DNA of 64,000 nucleotides from Eledone cirrhosa (Eukaryota), in the NCBI GenBank assembly GCA_964016885.1, contig OZ024745.1, positions 125,054,001 to 125,118,000 of the forward strand, read 5' to 3'. The position numbers and the translations under genes were made by a program. Position 1 is the first letter of the stretch. Each line of letters opens with the position of its first letter. The notes under the pieces are model-generated. The model made no database searches and was not told the origin of the DNA. It was given only the letters and a program-made list of their open reading frames with translations. Shown one piece after another: positions 1 through 12,779 of the stretch.

Positions 1-1549
1 CATATGGACGTATTTATATTACTTCTCGTTGAGCATAGAAAGGGTAGTTTTCGAATCTCATTGCAATCTCTCGTGAAACCACAAAATAACAAAATTAAGA
101 ACGAGGTCTGCAGTAATGCGAGATAAAACTTAAAGGCCAAGCTATATGCCAATGCTATTTTCGTGCTCAGAAAATAATATGATTACAGTTTGAAGAAAAT
201 GTGAAGAGGTTGTGATAATTCAGATTTCAGAATCCTTGGCCTCAAGAAAAGCCCAGGTGTATTGACAAAGTACTAATGAAATGCATCTACAATTAATCTA
301 CAAACATCCATCATTATTTAACATATACGACCAAATATTGCTCAATAATGTCAGAGCTGATATTTTTCAAATCATAGACTCTAAAATATGAAGTGTTTCT
401 GGCTTCTCTATATTTAGATGATATGTCCCTTGCTGTTTCTCACCCTCTCAAATATTTCCAATTAATGTTTCACCAATATTTGTAAGTGATCATAACAAAT
501 AAATTTACACAGATAGTATATAGATATATGGATGCGCCACACTCACACAATCATGTTAATGTGGCAATTTCTTCCAGCCGAAACTAGCATCAGAAGGTCG
601 TACTAAAAAGAGCATATCGCGTAAACATCCAAATATACAGAATAGAGTTACGTTTAGGACCTTAAGCATTAACACTTCTTAAATAATAACTACATTGATG
701 CCAGTTCACACATTCTTAGTTTGAGAAATAAAGACTAATAAATGATTTGAAGATGAAATAATTTCGCCCTAAATCTGATGTATGTGACAAGACTAATAAT
801 TGACTATATTTCACTAATTAATTTTAGAGGAATATCTTACATAATTAATGTTCACAATTGAGTATTCAACATGTATTAATTTGTGTGTAGAATTGAACGA
901 TGATAAGTGGGAAAAGTTCCATGACTCAAGGCTTGATAAATTAAAGTCTTAAAACTTTCGAAATTGTTATAACATTATCTTAATTTCTTGTCAAATGGAA
1001 TGTCTGGTACGATTGGAGCACCTGATTTTATAATTACGATACAAATTAATTCCTTTAGACATTAGTACCATGTGCTGAGAGACCAGTGACTCAGAAAACC
1101 ATGATGGATTTGTAAAATACGTTGATGGTGTGTAATCTGCAAACTGTTATGAATCGTATAGAGATGATCCTCATTTCACAGTAACGCTATACAACCGTTT
1201 ATCTCTATGACTGTGATGAGTTTCTGCATTAAGCTTGAGTTAGTATGTGTATGTTATAAGGGTTCACAACTATTTAGCAGCTTGTCAAACTTAACATTCA
1301 TTTTAGAATTTCATACAGAATTATTGGTTGGTGTAGAGGTGTTCTCGAAAGTATTCTGGCCCCAGGGATTGGTTGTTGTAGCAATTTCCATAGACGTTGC
1401 AGGAGAATAATCATGGGTAATTTCAAAACAAAGTAATCTAGAATATTACAGGGAAAATATGTAGGGTATGAATTATCTCAGAACACAGGAAAGCGGATTA
1501 TAAGTTGGGTAGAGAGCGTTAAATTGTAAGTCTTTTCAAATCCAGTTTT

Positions 1550-2385
1550 TATAGGCTGTCCCAAATATGATTGTACACTTTCCTTTTTTTCTCTTTCTTC
1601 TCAGGTATCAGTCAAGATGATGTGAGATCTCCAGCATTTGATATCTTAGGCCTTGGTGGTTTTTGACAGCATAGTACACCTCTGCCCATGGCTAGACAAT
1701 TGACGTTGGAGCAGCGTTACAAAATTGCCACCTGCCAAAAAGATGTTTAGTCCCCGACTGCAGTTTTATGTGAGGCTAAAACGATTTATTGCTGTGTCAC
1801 AATTCCAGCTATCTATGAGAATGTCCTCAAAACAGGATCTGTTTTTGACATACCATGCAGTGGATGACATGCTACCACCACCATTGAGGAAAACAGCAAA
1901 TGTTTTAACAGGTGTTCTAGCAAGTCAAGGAAAGGTCCACACAGGTAACTGCATTGGACTCAGTAACAAAAGCTCGATTCAGCGGACGCTTCTGAAATTG
2001 ATGACGTTCTACCCATACACATTCGAGGCTGTTCAAGCGTTTCAAGCAGAATACTCGTGTGGAAATATGGGAATCACTCCCCACACTGTTAGCAAAACGA
2101 CACTTATGGTTCAAGAACGAGTCGATCTTTCGTTTCTCTTGTCGAATAAACCGATATAAATGTCGAATTTGGTAAGTTCCAAAGGTAGCTGAAGTTAGTC
2201 AAAAATGAAGGCGCGCATGTGAATGTATACAGTTACCCGGCAAGCATTGAAAGAAGATAGCAAGTTTAGCTAGAAAAAATGCAATGACTCCTTTGTTGAT
2301 ATTATAAATGTGAATAAACTCAGTTTCCTGTGTAAATTTTAGAATTTTTAAAAGGTGTATCGTAGCGTTTGGGACAATCTCTATA
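1550..2385 (+). mobile_element. Decayed, internally deleted Tc1/mariner element (DUF4817-type HTH transposase N-terminus)
   Basis: From ATG 1688: MARQLTLEQRYKIA...KTGSVFDIPCSG*HATTTIEEN, then a shifted frame GLSNKSSIQRTLLKLMTFYPYTFEAVQAF. This matches the TGSVxDxxRSGRP / LGLSxSSxxRIL / PYxxxxVQxL motifs of mariner transposases. Imperfect TIRs: tataggctgtcccaaa...tacacttt (from 1550) vs aaaggtgta...tttgggacaatctctata (2351-2385), TA-flanked. Confidence 0.75.
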
Positions 2386-3899
2386 TATATCATTCACCTG
2401 TAGGATTATATTGAATCCCTTTTCACATGTGTAGAATGAATACAACCGCAAGTTTGCTTTGTTTCATTTGTCTAGTGGCTATTGCGATCGTGGTTGTATA
2501 GTGGGCAGGGATGAAAGTCCTGATATCATAGATATTTATCTCGGGTTCTCACTTATACCATGTAGCAAATGGTGGTGTAAACAACGCTTTTGAGTAAAAT
2601 GGTTCGGGAAGTGGATTATAGTAGAACGTCTTTCTTTTGTTTTAATTGTGTATATATCATTTAGTTATCTAGTTAGAAGAGAGCTTATTGTACGCAGCAA
2701 AGTTCTATCTTATCTTCTAATACTCAGTGGTGTGATACAATGAAGCCTGGCAACGTGATTGGAACAATAACTTGATACTGGAACTATACACAACATGTGC
2801 TAGGTCTTGGATAATTTATTTGTATTATTGCAAATGTTGTTGTAATAATAAATCTGCTTAACAGAAATGTTTCTATCTGAATAACTCGGAAACTTTCATT
2901 TTTTTAAATATCTTTAATATAAAGAAAGACATATTGAAGAGATTATGTAAAATATTAATAAATGATTTGCAGCATGCGAATGTATTATGGTAAATAGTTT
3001 ACGGAACGGTTTAAGGAACGGTTTCTAAAGTTATTGAAGATTTGTGATTTCTGTTCTGATGATGTTATATTAATAATAACGTTATGAAGAAAATATAACA
3101 AAATAATTTCAATAAGTAAGCCAATTAACTATTTGAAGATATTTCCGAGACAGACATGCTGCTATCCGCACCTAATCTATATCTATGGATGTATAGTTAA
3201 GAATCATAATTTAGAAAGCAAATCTAACTCTACATATATATATCTTTGAAGACACATTTCTGTTAATATAAATTATAGCTCCTACATAGTTTAACAGACG
3301 GTAAAATCCTTGATTTCATCTTGTTTCATAATTAGAAAATTAACATGCAATTTCTCTGCTTAGTGTATGATAGATAGTGTTCAACGAGTATAACTCCTTT
3401 GTAAATAGTAGTTATCATACCTCCTCATCAGTGCCCACCAAATATTCAAATCTGTGAATCATGAAATTTTGTTTTCGTAGGATTTGCGACAAACGAAGAA
3501 ACAATGAATAATTTCTTGCCCATAACACTTCTAAAGGCATAGTTTATGATATTTTGACAAAAGGAGTTAGCAACGAATTTGAGGCTTGTCTGCAGTAGTT
3601 TAATCAGAAACCTAAAGCCTTACAAAATTCCTTACATATGTATAGAACAATCCATCAGCTCATGCGATATAAGGTAGAATGGCTGAATAATAAACCTACC
3701 TGTTGTGGGGCTTTGATCAATTTTTACCAATACAAAGCTATTGGTAGGATTAATGGTCGATACTGATGGCTAATGGAAAAGAGATTATGTATTAAAAATG
3801 CTAAACTAAATTGAAAGTACTAAAGACAAACAATTTCCTATTCGGTGATTACCACAAACATCTCGGGTATAACTTGGAAAAGAAGATGATGTTGAAAAT

Positions 3900-4465
3900 G
3901 GAGTGCATCTGCAACCTAACAAAATGAGATGAAAAGAATATCGTGTGAGCGGATGGAATGTTCATCTGTACTCTTCCAACATGCTAAAATAGAACATAAG
4001 AATAAATTAGAGAACATAGAAATAAAAATAGAATCTACACACAGAAAAGACGCAATGTTTAGACAAATCACAGAGTAAATAAACATAAATGAATTACAAC
4101 CAAAATTAAATAGAAAACATGAGTGGAACAGCAACATCACAACTTATAATTAAGGACAAAATTAAAACACACACGCACATAGAACAAACAACCAACTAGT
4201 AACATGTAAATAAACAAATAAATAAACGAATATAGACACACACAGACACCCGGATGTAACACAGGCGCAAACTAAGCACACAACACACACACAAAAACAA
4301 GATGGCGTAGGACAGAACAAAAGAGAGGCACAAAAAACAAAGAAAAGAACCCCCAGTCACTGAAGAGGTCACAGAACGTGTGACGAAAGAACTTTGACAA
4401 TATATAAACAATCATCTGGTTTTGGAACCAGCCAACCAACCGGAAATTTATAAATTCCTAAATTT
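3900..4465 (+). pseudogene. Possible LINE (Tx1-like) ORF1 C-terminal remnant
   Basis: A/C-rich low-complexity coding-like tract ending KRKEPPVTEEVTERVTKEL*QYINNHL, loosely resembling NAHKKLMTYIIEHTG in the segment at 58160-58620. Confidence 0.2.
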
Positions 4466-4469
4466 ATAA

Positions 4470-5001
<532 letters not shown>

Positions 5002-5891
5002 TTTATATTTTCATATATATATATAGTTTATATGTTCATATATATATACATATATATACATACATACATATAATAAATTATACATAAATTATTATTTAAT
5101 GAATGTCTAACATCTCTCTTCGTTATATTCATATAAGATTTCATGTTTAACGAATAACATAGAGGCATATAAATCATTTTTAAATGTTTGGTAACATTGC
5201 TTGTGTATAATTATGGAATTCCATTGCCTTCTATTTTGTTCTCCTATAAAATATTCCTTATACCTGCGCATATACTTAAGTGCTTCATATGGATTTACAG
5301 ATTACAACCAACTCGTGAATCTTTATATCGAAATCCTTTATCGGTATAGAATTATTGTATATGAAACACAAATTTTGTGAAATGAATTATAATTTATATT
5401 GAATATGGAAGATAAAGTCGCACCATATAAAGCCATAAATATGAATTTAAAAAAAAGATTAACCGTTCAAAAGCATTTATTAAACCTGTCACATTAACAT
5501 ACTCCAACGCGGCAATTATATGCAAATTTGATTGTTTTGCCGTGAACAATGTTCAATGTTAACCTTTTCATAAGTATTTTACATTTTGTTTGATTTGAAT
5601 GTTATTATGGAATTTTATTATATGTATTAAAATATTTATTGTCTCGTAAAATATCCTTCATCTAGCTGTTATATTTTCTAGCTTATATCTACACATTATT
5701 CTGCATATTCTTTATACATATCAGGAGTATGGCTATATATATTGACTAACACATCAAAGTGTTATTTGTCATTATTATGAGAATTAAATTTATCTGACAG
5801 TAGCAAAAAAACTGGCTGAAACATTATATGAACCACATTCCATATGATATAAGCAGACCCACGAAAATCCACTACCCCTTTATATATATAT

Positions 5892-6249
5892 AAAGTAATA
5901 ATAATAAATATGAAGACTAAAATCCAAAGAGGGCTCGATTATGATAAATATATATCAGATATATAAGAACCGTAGCGTTTATTAAAATAACAGATTAAAA
6001 TTTAAGCAAATAATCGCTGCTTTCACCCTTAATGGGGTCTTCTGAAACTAAAAAAGTCAATCTGTGAACGCAGAAGTAAATATTTCAAAAAAACGTTGCA
6101 ACCGAAGGTAGACAGGAAGACGATACTTTGGTTCGTGGAAACGTTCCCTGGCAAAGAACGAAAAAATTGACTTTTGTAGTTTCAGAAGATCCCGTTAAGG
6201 GTGAAAGCAGCGATTCTTTGCTTAAACTTTAATCTGTTATTTTAATAAA
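5892..6249. mobile_element. Fold-back PLE-terminus-like cassette between (TA)n tracts (family A)
   Basis: Inverted arms 5978-6061 and 6166-6249, ~100 bp spacer, ~85 bp unpaired tail on the left. Degenerate HHR-like core CAGAAGA-tccc gttaa gggt-GAAA. Confidence 0.6.
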
Positions 6250-6252
6250 TAA

Positions 6253-6288
<36 letters not shown>

Positions 6289-6633
6289 TATATATATATT
6301 AATATATATATATATATATTCATATTTATATATGTATGTATATGTATATGTCACAACACCTTTCTAAAAGAGGGAAACTGAAAAACACCTGCGGCTTCAG
6401 AAACATGAGATGATGTTGACCAGGTATCCTTTTCGGGTAGTGTTTTCGATGATCGGAGAGTGGGATTTGTTGAGTGCAAGCTCTTTCACCACTTAAAAAA
6501 CCATCAAAGCACAGGCATTGCTTGTTCAGGATATGTTACAGGTTCGTGTGGGCTGCTGCAGCCTAAATGTGCACCATTTCCTGTAATCTGACAAGCAATT
6601 GCTAGACTCTTTACAGAGTTTGCAGCCACCATA

Positions 6634-6671
<38 letters not shown>

Positions 6672-6674
<3 letters not shown>

Positions 6675-7640
6675 ACATGATTACACTCACTCTTTTGAAA
6701 AATATGTTTAACAACATTAACAATAATATAACATTCACAATGGAAACCAACTCCAAAGAATTAGCCTCCTTGGATATTCTCATTCTAAAAACAGAAGGAA
6801 AAATAGAAACAGACAACTTTTATAAACCCACGGACCTCAAACAGTACCTCCTATTCACATCAATTCACCCAAAACATACAAAACTTATCATAGCTTTTAA
6901 TTTAATCAAACGTATATGCACCATATTATCAGAACCCAGACTAAATGAACTAAAAAAAAACACTTACCTTAAGAGCCTTGCCACTTTACATAATTAATAA
7001 CGGAATAGACAAAGCAAATCACGCAAGTTTTCATCGATCCAAAAACCCAAATCACAGAACCACAAAACAATACCTTACCATGTGTATCCACGTTCAACTC
7101 CCAAAACACAAAAACCTCCCCATTCTATTTAAAGATGAAAGCATGAAAAAATCCTAGAAACACACAAGATCATCAAAAGAAAAAAGGCAACCACATTCTC
7201 ACTGGAACAAATATACAAAAACCAATAATCCAGCCTTACGGTAACAACATGCGGAAGGACAAACTACAGCACATGCCTATACTTAACTGAAGGACATAAA
7301 TTAGCGTTTAAAGATGGCCAAACATTCACAGTGAAAAACAATTTCCCTTGCAACTCGGAGACCATGATCTATGTAATCACATGCGGTGGCTGCAAACACA
7401 ACTATATAGGACAGACGGGGTCTCATTACGCAAATGATATGACCATGCATGGCCCACAAATCCGAGACGTAAACACAACGAAGATCCCTTATGTAGCCAC
7501 ATTGCAGATTTTGCAGGAATGATTCTAACCGACTTTAAAATCTACCCCTTTTACAAGTACTCCGATTCTTTTCACTCAACAACAAATAATATAAGGAAAA
7601 AACTATTTATTAACAAATTTGAACCAAACTAAATATGTAG
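6672..7640 (+). pseudogene. Penelope-like element (Neptune-type) RT C-terminus, Cys linker and GIY-YIG endonuclease; 5'-truncated and frameshifted
   Basis: NNINNNITFTME...LASLDILI...TDNFYKPTDLKQYLLFTSIHPKHTK (PLE RT thumb); CGRTNYSTC linker; NNFPCNSETMIYVITCGGCKHNYIGQTG (GIY-YIG). Starts abruptly at a (TA)n tract. Confidence 0.9.
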
Positions 7641-8096
7641 TCACCCCCCATACACACCATAAAATAATTTTTAGTTTCTGAAAATTTTCTGAATTTTGGA
7701 AAAAATATGTTAATTTCCCACCACAAAGAGATCTGTGACAAACAGACTAAAAACCACACACACACCACAAATAAAGAGAACAAAGTTCTCATTGCAGAAG
7801 TTACTGCCCGAGAGCCAATACTGATACTCTACACTGGCTTTTTTTTTTCATAATTGTTTTAAATTTTTAGATTTTGAGAATCCTTTGGATTTGTGTTTTT
7901 AGTTTTTGACAATTTTCTGAATTTTGAAGAATAACAATTTCTTAATTTCCCACCACAAAGGGAACTGTAACAGACAGACTGAAACTCCCCTCCCCCCCAC
8001 CTCACCCAAAAATATGTGTGTATTTCTAAAGGGACTGTGACATACTGAAAAAAAAAACCACACACACATGTGTGAATTGTTATATATACACCCTCA

Positions 8097-8142
<46 letters not shown>

Positions 8143-8650
8143 ATATACACACTCCCTAAAACCACATTCCAATAAAATAATTTCTCTTACACTCCTGCTG
8201 CTGCCACAGAACTTACCTCTAGCTTACAATTCCCCATCCCTTTTGATCTCTTGACCAGTCAATTAACACAATCAGATATACAGTTATTATTGTTGCTTTG
8301 TTAAAAACAACCCTAATCGACTGACCTGTTTCCAGGACAATTGACTAAGAAATCCAATAGACTTGTTATTGGAATGGTGAAACTAGATAAGATCAGTGGG
8401 AGGGAGGTAGATTCTGCTGATGATTGAATTCGTTCATTTTTCTTAAATCATGTGGGACTGGGTGCTTGAGAAAGCAACACCAAACTTCAGCACGGAGCAT
8501 ATATTCCATCGTTATGTCTTTCTGTGTTTCCTGTTCAAATTCTAGCTGTCTGATGGTGTCATAACTCTTGCACAATGGTTATCATCGAAATACATATAAC
8601 ATTTAGTATGATTAATCGAAGTTAATTTTAACCTGTTGACTTACAGTTCC
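7640..8650 (+). mobile_element. PLE 3' non-coding / pseudo-LTR region
   Basis: 7665-7760 is repeated directly at about 7895-7985. 8140-8285 matches the reverse complement of 35010-35135. Ends with an HHR-like motif and (TA)n. Confidence 0.6.
8547..8601 (+). ncRNA. Type I hammerhead ribozyme motif (A9G, degenerate)
   Basis: tgt-CTGATGG-stem II-GAAA-tacata-TA-aca. Confidence 0.5.
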
Positions 8651-8652
8651 TG

Positions 8653-8715
<63 letters not shown>

Positions 8716-8882
8716 ATATAATATATATATATAAGATCATATGATTCGATTCGTTTGCAATTATGAAAACAAGCCTCAATTTTATAGCCATGTCAGTAGA
8801 AGGAACACTTCATTCTTGCTCTTGTGTTGGCATGCGAAATATTTATTGTATTCAGCCATGGTACAGCGAAATTCCTTTTTAT

Positions 8883-8925
<43 letters not shown>

Positions 8926-9085
8926 CGTTATTCCGGGTTGAATCGGAGGTAACCACAGTAAGTAAGGTACTCAATACATAGCAGAGTATAACAGTATTAA
9001 TATAGATGAGATTCTACAGGACTAGAACTGTTTCATTCATTAGAAATCATCAGGAATCATTAGAAATCATCAGGGATTCCTGATG
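8926..9085 (-). mobile_element. HHR fold-back cassette family C, copy 1 (runs into the gap)
   Basis: Near-identical to 24204-24379. The second arm starts (attcctgatg) just before the N run. Confidence 0.8.
9010..9058 (-). ncRNA. Type I hammerhead ribozyme, intact core
   Basis: Minus strand: gattc-CTGATGA-tttc taat gaat-GAAA-cag ttctagtc ctg-TA-gaatc. Stem I 5 bp, stem III 4 bp, GUA cleavage triplet. Confidence 0.85.
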
Positions 9086-9285
9086 NNNNNNNNNNNNNNN
9101 NNNNNNNNNNNNNNNNNNNNNNNNNNNNNNNNNNNNNNNNNNNNNNNNNNNNNNNNNNNNNNNNNNNNNNNNNNNNNNNNNNNNNNNNNNNNNNNNNNNN
9201 NNNNNNNNNNNNNNNNNNNNNNNNNNNNNNNNNNNNNNNNNNNNNNNNNNNNNNNNNNNNNNNNNNNNNNNNNNNNNNNNNNNNN
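9086..9285. other. Assembly gap (200 N)
   Basis: Run of N. Confidence 1.
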
Positions 9286-9331
<46 letters not shown>

Positions 9332-9333
<2 letters not shown>

Positions 9334-9420
9334 GTAAGGTTGAAAGGCAAAGTTAACCTCGGTGGGATTTGAAATCAGTTCATAAAGGGTCTTAAATCTA
9401 TGCTGGAAAAGCATAGTGTT
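9332..9420 (-). mobile_element. tRNA-derived SINE fragment (Meta/MESC-like core family)
   Basis: gaaaggcaaagttaacctcggtgggatttga, shared with many copies in the window. Confidence 0.75.
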
Positions 9421-9582
9421 TGGAGATGGTTTAATTACTTGTTGTTATTGTGTATTTCACTTATACATTAGGCCTATGGAAGAAAAAAAACAATCAAGTC
9501 TATGTTCACATTTCTTAGATACATATTTATTATATTTGAAGTTTATTCATATTGTTGCGGGAGATGCAAACCGTGTTCACCT

Positions 9583-9583
<1 letters not shown>

Positions 9584-9660
<77 letters not shown>

Positions 9661-9676
9661 TCTCTCTCTCTCTCTC
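9584..9676. repeat. (CT)n microsatellite
   Basis: Direct reading. Confidence 0.98.
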
Positions 9677-10380
9677 CTGACAGGTGAATAGGAAATTGCA
9701 TTTATTTTCCATTCATATTTTTATTCCTCATTTATGAATGAATTTATGATCAATTGGTAGCTATGAAGTTACATTGTATGACATTAAGGATAGATCCCAA
9801 GTGGCTGAGTATATAACATGATATCACTTCTTAGTTCTAGATAGTTTCTTTTATTGCATCAGTGATTCTTATTAAATGAGCACAAACATTATCATTTTAT
9901 TTTACTCACACAAGCAAATATGGGGTATAACGTAAACTAGATTTGATATTATTCATGTTTTTCAACATATATCGATATAAAGCTACAAAATGAATTAGTA
10001 AAAATAAATAAACAAGAAAAGGCTTTTTTTTTGGGGGGGGGGGGGGGATGGGGCGCTTCAAATAACGAAAATGAGTTTTGTTAATCCGATACAAAGCAAC
10101 CCAATTTTATTGGTAATATTTAATAGAGCTCTGTAAATGTGAAAGCCATGCTTCACTGAATATGATTTAGGATAGATTTCAACCAGGTCAGGATTACACA
10201 CTCTTGGTAATAGATTTCGTGCCTAAATCAACTTTTTCACCACACCTCTTTACACAATATTCGCATTTCATGCAAATCCTTTCAGTTAATCTTTATATAA
10301 ACTATGACGGAATGGTGTATAAATATATGAATATATGTATATACACACACACACACAGCACACACACATATATATATATA

Positions 10381-10568
10381 ATGAAGGAGGTGTGGTAAGG
10401 AACCAGATGGACCATAACGCACCAGAGTATTCAATACTTAGGGTAGTAGAGTGGGTAATAGGAAAATTTATGACCCCGACGGCAGGGCTCAAGCCGTTTC
10501 GACGGCTATTTCTGGACTGAAATAGCCGTCAAAACGGCTTGAGCTCTGCCATCGGGGTCATACATTTT

Positions 10569-10572
<4 letters not shown>
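10381..10572. mobile_element. Fold-back cassette family B, copy 1
   Basis: ~77 bp tail, hairpin arms 10458-10512 / 10519-10572, loop tggact. (TA)n on both sides. Confidence 0.85.
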
Positions 10573-10600
<28 letters not shown>

Positions 10601-10603
<3 letters not shown>

Positions 10604-10960
10604 GTGGCACACTGGAAGGTAATATCCGTAGTAGTAGAGCACTAAGTCCAAGGGACGAGTTAGGTAGAAATGGTTACACAACAGTTAGATCACCATACCG
10701 AGAACAATTGTTTCACCTTCGCGGATCTTCAGCTCGGGATGTTTATGGTTACAGGAACAGGAAGGACAACCGTACGAACGCGCATGCGCAGAAACTCGGG
10801 CACTTCACACAGGCAATAGTAGATTGCGTGCGGGGGGTGTAAAGGAGATAACTGCGAAAGTCCGGAAAGTTTTTTGGTTGAAAATAAAATAAAAAAATGT
10901 TAAAATAAAATTACAAAGAATCAGTCCGGAGCCTTGTAGTTATGCAATAGATGTTTGGTG
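10601..10960 (-). mobile_element. PLE terminus family D, single-arm copy
   Basis: 10601-10737 is homologous to 41508-41645, starts at (TA)n and contains an HHR. Confidence 0.75.
10698..10737 (-). ncRNA. Minimal type I hammerhead ribozyme (40 nt), intact core
   Basis: Minus strand: ccgag-CTGAAGA-tcc gcgaa ggt-GAAA-c aatt g-TT-ctcgg. Palindromic stem III ACAATTGT. Confidence 0.85.
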
Positions 10961-11080
10961 ACGTGTGGACACGTGTGAAAAATTCACTTCTCGTGTTTAG
11001 GCAATCACTATTGCGTAATCTCTTTAGGATAGTTATTCGTTCATCAATACATAAGCCACACGTCGGATTTCCCCTTGCGT

Positions 11081-11156
11081 ATGGCTTGGACTTAGTGATG
11101 GCTTTCCATTCAATGGAAAACCATTGAATGGAAAGCCATCTCTAAGTCCAAGCCAT
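11081..11156. repeat. 36-bp-arm hairpin with AAAA loop
   Basis: atggcttggacttagtgatggctttccattcaatgg-aaaa-ccattgaatggaaagccatctctaagtccaagccat; one mismatch. Confidence 0.95.
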
Positions 11157-12687
11157 CCGTGTTTGTGTGTGTGTGTGTATGTGTATGTTTGTATGTGTGT
11201 TTGTGGGTGTGCATGTGCGTAAGTGTGTGTGTGTATATATGTGTGTGTGTATGTACGTAGCTGTGTCGAACATTTGCAGAGAACATTTATGATTTCATGT
11301 GGGATTTCATAATGTTGGTGTGTGAATGCAAGCTTTAATGAGAATAGATTATATGTGTCCGTCGCTTTGTCTCTGGAGCATGATATCTATATGTATATTA
11401 TATATACATATAAATCTATCAGGTTTAATAAAGTATTCTTTATCATATATGTTATGAGTGTACATTGGTGCTAATAGTAATATGGAGAAACATTTAGCTC
11501 TAAAACACAATTTAATATCAAATTACATTTCTCTCATAGTTTATCATCAGTTCTTCCGATTATCTTTTATACAGATTGTATCACAGTAACCTCTAGCTAC
11601 CTGAATTATTTCTTTCTAGATTCCATATGTGATAATGTACGGTCAGTGATGTATATATGAAAATATCTGTATTATATTCGATATGTATCATAGTTTGAAT
11701 TTTTTCATCCTCATCATCTAAAATAGGAGTAGTAATACATTCTCGGAAAATGTTATTAACATTAAGCTGACATGTACTGAACGCAATAGTTAATTGTCAG
11801 TGCATAGTTCAGATATTGTTGCCCATATCTTCACACTCAAAAGAAGTGCCCTTTGACTAGATTACTCCTAATGTGCAATAAACAGTTATCTTGTGCCGAC
11901 TATTATCCCTCATCATACAACGGCAGCTGGTACATTAATATTAATCCATAAACTATATGGCGGCAGAATTGCTCCTGGAATATTCATAAGCTTACAAAAG
12001 GCCTTTAGCACAATTAACCATAAACCTCTATTGCAGTAATTAGAATATTATAGTGTTATTAGAAGAGAAAATATAAAGGCTGAAATGTATCCATTCACAC
12101 GGCATCACGAGAAATGAAATTACTAAAGTTAATGCTGATGGTAAAATAATTTCTCATATATATATATATCAAAGTGAAAATCTGATGGCAAGGTAAAATT
12201 CCAATCATTTTAATCACGACACATGTTTCAATAAGAGAGAGATCGATCGTAAAGCGATGATCAATTATCACTGATCTCATCAGGTGAAAATGAATTGTCT
12301 TCGAATTATTGATATGAGGGAGAAAATTAGCAATGTTCACTCACAGAGTTTATTCCCTCATATGAAGATCCATAGTCAGAAATACGGCGACTGCTATCAG
12401 CTTTAGTGAGGGTCATAAAACTGTCAAATCTCCATAGCTGCAAAGGATGCTGGACATTAATCAGATCTGTAGAAATACAGTCGGTCACAGTTAATGTGAG
12501 TGGGTACACACACACTCAACACCCATACACACCTTGCCTTCAGATTTTCATTTTGATACTTATACTCCGTTTTACATCATCTAGCTGTTCCCTTGAATGG
12601 AATTGGAGATATACAAAAGCGTGGAGGACTTAATATTGCTAACATACATTTATTGGACTGTTTTACACAACCAATAATACACCTTAC

Positions 12688-12723
<36 letters not shown>

Positions 12724-12779
12724 AATATATATATATGATAGTGAAAATAGTATTTTCCTAACTCCCTTAAGAAGACAAC

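Noticed and set aside
200-1450. Scattered RT-like words (KKSPG, LYLDDM, QFAD)
   Set aside because: Too short and on inconsistent strands to support a call by eye.
1580-1605. Strong polypyrimidine tract and CAG splice-acceptor-like site
   Set aside because: It lies inside the mariner relic, and no open exon with a credible host product follows.
8650-10600. Short unique inserts alternating with (TA)n, superficially CRISPR-like
   Set aside because: Animal DNA with no constant-length repeat or spacer and no cas genes. The inserts are dispersed repeat families.
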